Shown here: positions 59,040-64,000 of the stretch, piece by piece | Layout: each line of letters begins with the position of its first letter | How positions within the stretch are numbered: the stretch's first letter is position 1 | From: Candidatus Latescibacterota bacterium | Lineage (GTDB): Bacteria > Latescibacterota > UBA2968 > GCA-2709665 | Assembly: GCA_963667175.2 (NCBI GenBank) | Contig: CAXXXF010000006.1 | Location: forward strand, 64,001-128,000 | Length of the DNA: 64,000 nucleotides | Direction: 5' to 3' | The notes under the pieces: generated by a model | Databases searched by the model: none | Seen by the model: the letters and a program-made list of their open reading frames with translations, nothing else | Told to the model about the DNA's origin: nothing | Position numbers and translations under genes: made by a program

Positions 59040-61166
59040 ATGCGTCCACGATCCGAAATCCTGGCTGTCGAACTGGTTGACGGCAACCGGATGGCGTATT
59101 ATACGCGCGAAGGACGGGAGACCCATCCGTTTTCGCCGTGGCTGCTGGTCGAGGCGCCGGAGGACTGCGACAGGGCCGGCCTCTCGGGAGTCCGAAAAAT
59201 CGCGCGTCTCAGGGGCGCGGGACAGCTTCGTTATCTCGTTCGATTCCACTCCTGGAACGATTTCCTGGATGCCAGGGGAACACTGTCGGCAGACGGCATC
59301 ACCCATTTCGACTTCAACAATCCGGTGAAGCAGCACCTGCTGCTTTCAGGAAACACGCTCTTTCGGGGCCTGCGTTACAACGAGGTCCACAGGCTTCAAC
59401 TGGATATCGAGACCACCGGCTTGAATCCCGAAGCCCCGGACGCAGGGATTATCCTGGTCGCGCTTTCCGACAACAGGAACTACGAGGAAGTACTCGGCGC
59501 GGGGGAGACGTCCGAAGGCGCACTCCTCGAGGCCCTCAACCAGCGTATTCGAAGCCGCGATCCCGATATTGTCGAAGGTCACAACATATTCGACTTCGAC
59601 CTCAACTATATCCGGGTCCGTGCGCGAGCCCTGAACATCGGCCTGCCCTGGGGTCGCGACGGCTCGGAACTGAAAGCCGGGAACGGCATGCGCCGATACA
59701 GGGTCGCCGCCCGCAGCCGCACCTTTCGCCCGGCCTTCATTCACGGCCGCCACGTCATCGACACCTATCATCAGGTCCAGCGATACGACGTCGGCGGGCG
59801 TCTGGAGAGTTACGGCCTGAAGAACGTCATTCGCGCGTTGGGCCTGGAGCGCGCGGGCCGGGTGTTCGTCGAAGGAGCCGAAATCGGGAAGGCGTGGCGG
59901 ACCGATCCCGGCCGGGTGGTGGACTATGCGCTGGACGACGTCCGCGACGTACGTGCGTTAAGCGAAATGGTCGCCACAACAGAATTCTACCAGACCCAGG
60001 TGCTGCCTTACCGGTTTCAGGAAGCCGCGATTACCGGACCGGGCGAGAAGATCAACGCCCTGATGATCGGCGCCTATCTCAGGCGGGGCCTCGCCGTTCC
60101 GCGACCTCAGCACTCGGAGCCGTTCGGGGGCGGATATACCGAACTGTTTGCCTCGGGCATTTTCAACCGGGTTGTCAAGGCCGACGTGGAGAGCCTCTAC
60201 CCTTCCATCATGCTGAAGTACGGCATACGACCCGGTTCCGATACAGAAAACGTGTTCCTGCCGATGTTGCAACGCCTGACCGAACGACGCCTCAAGGCCA
60301 AATCCAGCCTGAATGACGCCGAAACAAATGCGGACCGGTCCTACTGGGACGGCGTTCAGGGAAGTTACAAGGTCCTGATCAATTCGTTCTACGGATACCT
60401 GGCGTACGGAAGGGCAAATTTCAATGACTACTCGGCGGCTGCGCGGATTACAACCCACGGCCAGCAGATTGCGCGGCGGCTTGTGACAATGCTCGGCGAA
60501 AGGAACGCCAGGCTCATCGAAGCCGATACCGACGGCGTGTATTTCGTCGTGCCCCCCGGAATCGAGACGGAACGGGACGAACACGACTTCGTTGACGCGC
60601 TGTCCGGAGAACTGCCGGAGGGCATTCACCTTTCCCACGACGGCAGGTTCCAGGGTATGATCAGCCTCAAGGCCAAGAACTACATTCTGATCGACTTCAG
60701 CGGACGCCTGATCATCAAGGGCAGCGGCTTGCGCAGCCGGCGTGACGAGCGCGTATTCCGTGAATTCGTCAGAAAACTCGCCCCGTTGTTGATCAACCGG
60801 CAGTCCGGCGCCGCGTCCGCCCTGTACAAGGAATTCGCCGACCGTCTTCAGGCGGGGCAATTCGACCGCGGGGAAATCTGTCGCAGGGAGACCGTTACCG
60901 AGAAGACATTCGCGAATCCGAACCTGCGTCGGCTGGCCGCTGCCGCGGAGGGATGTGAAGCAGGAGAAAGGATTGCCGTCTATCAGAGAAATGACGGCAG
61001 CCTCGCGCGAATCGAAAACTACGCCAACGACGAAGACCGGGGCTATCTTCTGCGACGACTGCACGATATGGCCGGGCGCTTCCGGGGCCTCTTCGGCGAG
61101 ATCGAATTCGATCGGCTCTTTCCGCTCCGGAAACAATCCACGGGTGAGCAACTCAGCCTGTTCTAA
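59040..61166 (+). CDS. polB: family B DNA polymerase
   Basis: DIET, GHNIFDFD, DVESLYPSIM, KVLINSFYG, DTDG. Confidence 0.92.
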   Translation: MRPRSEILAVELVDGNRMAYYTREGRETHPFSPWLLVEAPEDCDRAGLSGVRKIARLRGAGQLRYLVRFHSWNDFLDARGTLSADGITHFDFNNPVKQHLLLSGNTLFRGLRYNEVHRLQLDIETTGLNPEAPDAGIILVALSDNRNYEEVLGAGETSEGALLEALNQRIRSRDPDIVEGHNIFDFDLNYIRVRARALNIGLPWGRDGSELKAGNGMRRYRVAARSRTFRPAFIHGRHVIDTYHQVQRYDVGGRLESYGLKNVIRALGLERAGRVFVEGAEIGKAWRTDPGRVVDYALDDVRDVRALSEMVATTEFYQTQVLPYRFQEAAITGPGEKINALMIGAYLRRGLAVPRPQHSEPFGGGYTELFASGIFNRVVKADVESLYPSIMLKYGIRPGSDTENVFLPMLQRLTERRLKAKSSLNDAETNADRSYWDGVQGSYKVLINSFYGYLAYGRANFNDYSAAARITTHGQQIARRLVTMLGERNARLIEADTDGVYFVVPPGIETERDEHDFVDALSGELPEGIHLSHDGRFQGMISLKAKNYILIDFSGRLIIKGSGLRSRRDERVFREFVRKLAPLLINRQSGAASALYKEFADRLQAGQFDRGEICRRETVTEKTFANPNLRRLAAAAEGCEAGERIAVYQRNDGSLARIENYANDEDRGYLLRRLHDMAGRFRGLFGEIEFDRLFPLRKQSTGEQLSLF

Positions 61167-62457
61167 GGTCCCGCCCCGGGATTTCCCCGCAATCCTCCGG
61201 CCGAACCATCCCCTCTCTTCGGCTTCCGACGTGCTTCCAGAGAACCAGACCCAGCAGACAACCGAAGATCGCGGGTACAAGCGCCGTCAGTTCAGCGCCG
61301 TGGTAATGGTGCGCCAGAATTCCGGCGCCCGTTCCCGCCGCGACCAGAACCACCATCCACACCGCCGCTCGACCCTGCCCGTGGGAGGCGAGCAGGGCGG
61401 TATGCGCCAGGCCGCACAACACAAAAGGCGGCACACTCCAGACCAGCAGCCTCGCGTACGGGGCAGATGGCGCATATGCCTGACCCAGAAGCCAGGAAAC
61501 CGCCGATCCGAGCGTCACGTGAACGACGGCTGAAACACCGACGGCAACGCCGGTCAGCGTCACGGCGGACCGTGCAGCGAGTTTCATGAACGCATGCCGA
61601 TCGGGCCGCCTGGTGCTCAGGGCGGGCAGGACGGCCTCGAAACTCGCTCCGATCAGAATGAGCAGCGCCGCCGCCAGCCGGTACCCGACAGCCAGATACC
61701 CGGCTTCCGCGCCGCCACCGGTCTGATAATACATCGTGAGGTAATTCAGATTCAACAGGTTGATGAGGAAATAGACCGCGGGCAGATGCTTCAACCCTTC
61801 CACAATCCGACGCCGGTTAAATTCCGGACGCACAAACTGAGGAAATTCACCCGCCACCCGCCGTACAAACGCGACTCCGGCGGCAAGATACAGTGCACGG
61901 CAGACCAGAAAGCAAATCCCGATGCCCACCAGATCCCATCCGGCAATCATCGCGCCGATCCCGCCTGCCAGCAACAGGACGTTGGCTCCGAGCATAAGCA
62001 CGGCGCATGGTCCGGATCGCTGGAGACCCTTGAAAACGGCATTGATCCCGTCCCCCATGCTCATCAACACCGTCGAACCACCTACAAGAAGCACGGCCAG
62101 CGTCACGACGGGCCCGGTACCGAAAGCCCAGGCGGCCCCCACCATCGCCGCCAGCACAGGAAGCGCCAGCGCCATCTTGAAGGACAGGGCCTCAGAACAC
62201 GCGATTCGACCCTCTGTCACACTTGATGCCGAGGCCTTGATGACCCGGTTGTGCGATCCCGCATCCAGCAGCGGAACAAAAAAAGCGGTCAGGCCAATGA
62301 CGAAGACGTAGTCGGCCAGCCCGCTCTCCCCGAGAAGACGCGCCACACCCACCAGAAGCAGCATCCCTCCCAGCAGGTGGGCGCCTTTTTCCACGGTGAT
62401 GAAGATCGAATTCTCCGAAACCCGCGCCAACGTCCCCTCCCATGCCGCCAGAAACAC
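61153..62457 (-). CDS. Wzx-like polysaccharide flippase
   Basis: About 12 TM segments; VARLLG..G; start probably near 62430. Confidence 0.75.
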   Translation of the reverse strand: MFLAAWEGTLARVSENSIFITVEKGAHLLGGMLLLVGVARLLGESGLADYVFVIGLTAFFVPLLDAGSHNRVIKASASSVTEGRIACSEALSFKMALALPVLAAMVGAAWAFGTGPVVTLAVLLVGGSTVLMSMGDGINAVFKGLQRSGPCAVLMLGANVLLLAGGIGAMIAGWDLVGIGICFLVCRALYLAAGVAFVRRVAGEFPQFVRPEFNRRRIVEGLKHLPAVYFLINLLNLNYLTMYYQTGGGAEAGYLAVGYRLAAALLILIGASFEAVLPALSTRRPDRHAFMKLAARSAVTLTGVAVGVSAVVHVTLGSAVSWLLGQAYAPSAPYARLLVWSVPPFVLCGLAHTALLASHGQGRAAVWMVVLVAAGTGAGILAHHYHGAELTALVPAIFGCLLGLVLWKHVGSRREGMVRPEDCGEIPGRDLRTG

Positions 62458-62509
62458 GAAAAGCAGGTCAACGCCTGCTTTTCACGTCATCGACCTGCGT
62501 GATAATTCC

Positions 62510-63229
62510 TCACAATTCAAAGCCGAGACGGTCGTCCACACGCACGGTTACGGTATCGGGTTCGCTGGTGATTGCGCCCTCCGCGACGAGGACGTCGTCA
62601 CGGACGCGCAATTCAAAGACAAAGTCGGCGGGAGCGACGGCCCGGAAGATGGGCATGCTGTTCGCGGCGTCGAAATCGACCCCGGGGCCCTCAAGCTGTG
62701 TCCACGTATACCGGAGCGGGTCCCGTTCCGGGTCCGAACTGCCGGCGCCGTCCAGTGTCACCTGGAGACCGCTCGAATAGGGAATGGTGCGATCCATTCC
62801 CGCATTCGCGACGGGCGGACCCTGGGTCACGTGAATTTCAACCATCCCCTCCGTCTTGACGCCGGACTTCCCGTCATCCACCTCAACCTTGAGCGTATAG
62901 ACGCCCACCGCCACAGGCGCCGTCCAGACCACGGTCACGGAATCCTGAAAGAGCCCCCGCAATGAATCCAACTTGCTTTCATCGAAGTGCCCGCCCTCCT
63001 CTTTCTTAAGGTCCGTCCAGAGATAGTCCAGTTCGTCGTTGTCCGCGTCGTTCGTGAAGAGCGTAATCTGAACCTTGCTTCCGCGCCCTACGGATGGATA
63101 GTCATCCTGGTCCGTGGTAAGCGCCACAATCTGCGGCTGTTCCTGTCTGTCCAGGAGGCCGCACCCCGTTAGAGGAAACAAGCAAGCCAACGCCAGTGTC
63201 CAGCGCACGATATCCCTCAGAAGAATCAT
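62510..63229 (-). CDS. lipoprotein with PKD/Ig-like domains
   Basis: LTGC lipobox; PVANAG, LDGAGSSDPE, YTWTQ. Confidence 0.8.
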   Translation of the reverse strand: MILLRDIVRWTLALACLFPLTGCGLLDRQEQPQIVALTTDQDDYPSVGRGSKVQITLFTNDADNDELDYLWTDLKKEEGGHFDESKLDSLRGLFQDSVTVVWTAPVAVGVYTLKVEVDDGKSGVKTEGMVEIHVTQGPPVANAGMDRTIPYSSGLQVTLDGAGSSDPERDPLRYTWTQLEGPGVDFDAANSMPIFRAVAPADFVFELRVRDDVLVAEGAITSEPDTVTVRVDDRLGFEL

Positions 63230-63440
63230 GACGGGCGAGACAACCTCTGTGACCGGGTTCGCCCTGGGTTTCAACGAGACATTGTCAGGACCGGATTGGA
63301 ACACCAGTTCTAACTCACTGGCCGCAACGGAGTTCCATCAAACGACCGGGGCGTTCGCGTAAGCCGGCGCCGAATCGGCCACCGGGCCGGAATACATCGG
63401 CTGAACGGGCGCTGATCCGTACACCCGAATGCGGGGAAAC

Positions 63441-64000
63441 TCAGTCGCTTTCCTTCAGCAGCATCTTCAGGTCCGGGAGCAGTTTCTTCGGGAGGCCCGG
63501 GTCGGTCCCGTCGTAGTAGGCCCGAACCCGCCCCTTCCTGTCCACCAGCGCAAAGCGCAGGCTGTGCATGATCTGGTCCGTGCCTTCTTCCACGCCTCCC
63601 ACGCCCAGTTGAAAGCCTTCGCGTATGACGCCGTACACCCGGGGCTTCTCGCCCGTCAGAAAAAGCCAGCGATCCTCGTCCGCGAGATAACGGTCGGCGT
63701 ACTCGGAAAGCACGGGGGGCGTATCCCGTTCCGGATCCACCGAAAAAGACACCAGCCGTGCGTCCTTGTATTTCCTCAGCGGCGCCTGAAGCGCCTGCAT
63801 ATTGGCCGACAGCAGCGGGCACGGACCCGCGCAATGAGTGAAGATAAAGTCCGCAACCCAGACCCGGCCAAGCAGATCCGAAAGACCCATTCCCCTGCCA
63901 CTGCGTTCCAGGAGGGTAAACTCCGGAACCTGGCTCAGAACCGGCAGGCGCTGCGATTGCGCCCGTATGGCCTTTAGCTCACGCAGGAACAAAAACGCCC
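63441..64000 (-). CDS. SCO1/SenC family protein (5' end probably outside window)
   Basis: FTHCAGPCP, VDPERDTP, HS. Confidence 0.9.
   Translation of the reverse strand, partial: AFLFLRELKAIRAQSQRLPVLSQVPEFTLLERSGRGMGLSDLLGRVWVADFIFTHCAGPCPLLSANMQALQAPLRKYKDARLVSFSVDPERDTPPVLSEYADRYLADEDRWLFLTGEKPRVYGVIREGFQLGVGGVEEGTDQIMHSLRFALVDRKGRVRAYYDGTDPGLPKKLLPDLKMLLKESD

Noticed and set aside
59040-61166. PolB as part of a casposon, pipolin or prophage
   Set aside because: No cas1, integrase, terminal repeats or phage genes are adjacent; the neighbours are ordinary envelope genes.

Overview
Most of this window (about 1-53.9 kb) is a large integron-type gene-cassette array read on the minus strand. 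About 20 attC-like hairpins separate small accessory genes (methyltransferases, GNATs, NUDIX, hydrolases, toxin-antitoxin pairs). Several cassette boundaries pass the R'/R'' complementarity test. No integron integrase is visible: at the expected position there is a ~4 kb IS1595-family transposon carrying passenger genes. The attI-proximal end is defence-rich, with an Abi_C protein, a complete two-gene CBASS (CdnE-like cyclase plus Cap15-like 2TM-beta effector), and two uncharacterised cassettes (an Ntn-hydrolase/proteasome-beta-like protein and a PD-(D/E)xK nuclease). Unusual features include a three-copy attI-like repeat inside the array, a 951-bp PhyH gene unit duplicated between different inverted-repeat flanks, attC cores with GTC/GTG instead of GTT, multi-kb attC-free blocks of host-like genes, and several MITE/REP families plus IS1380, IS3 and IS21 insertions. 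The last 6 kb is ordinary chromosome (family B DNA polymerase, flippase, lipoprotein, SCO). All calls come from reading motifs by eye; no database searches were run.
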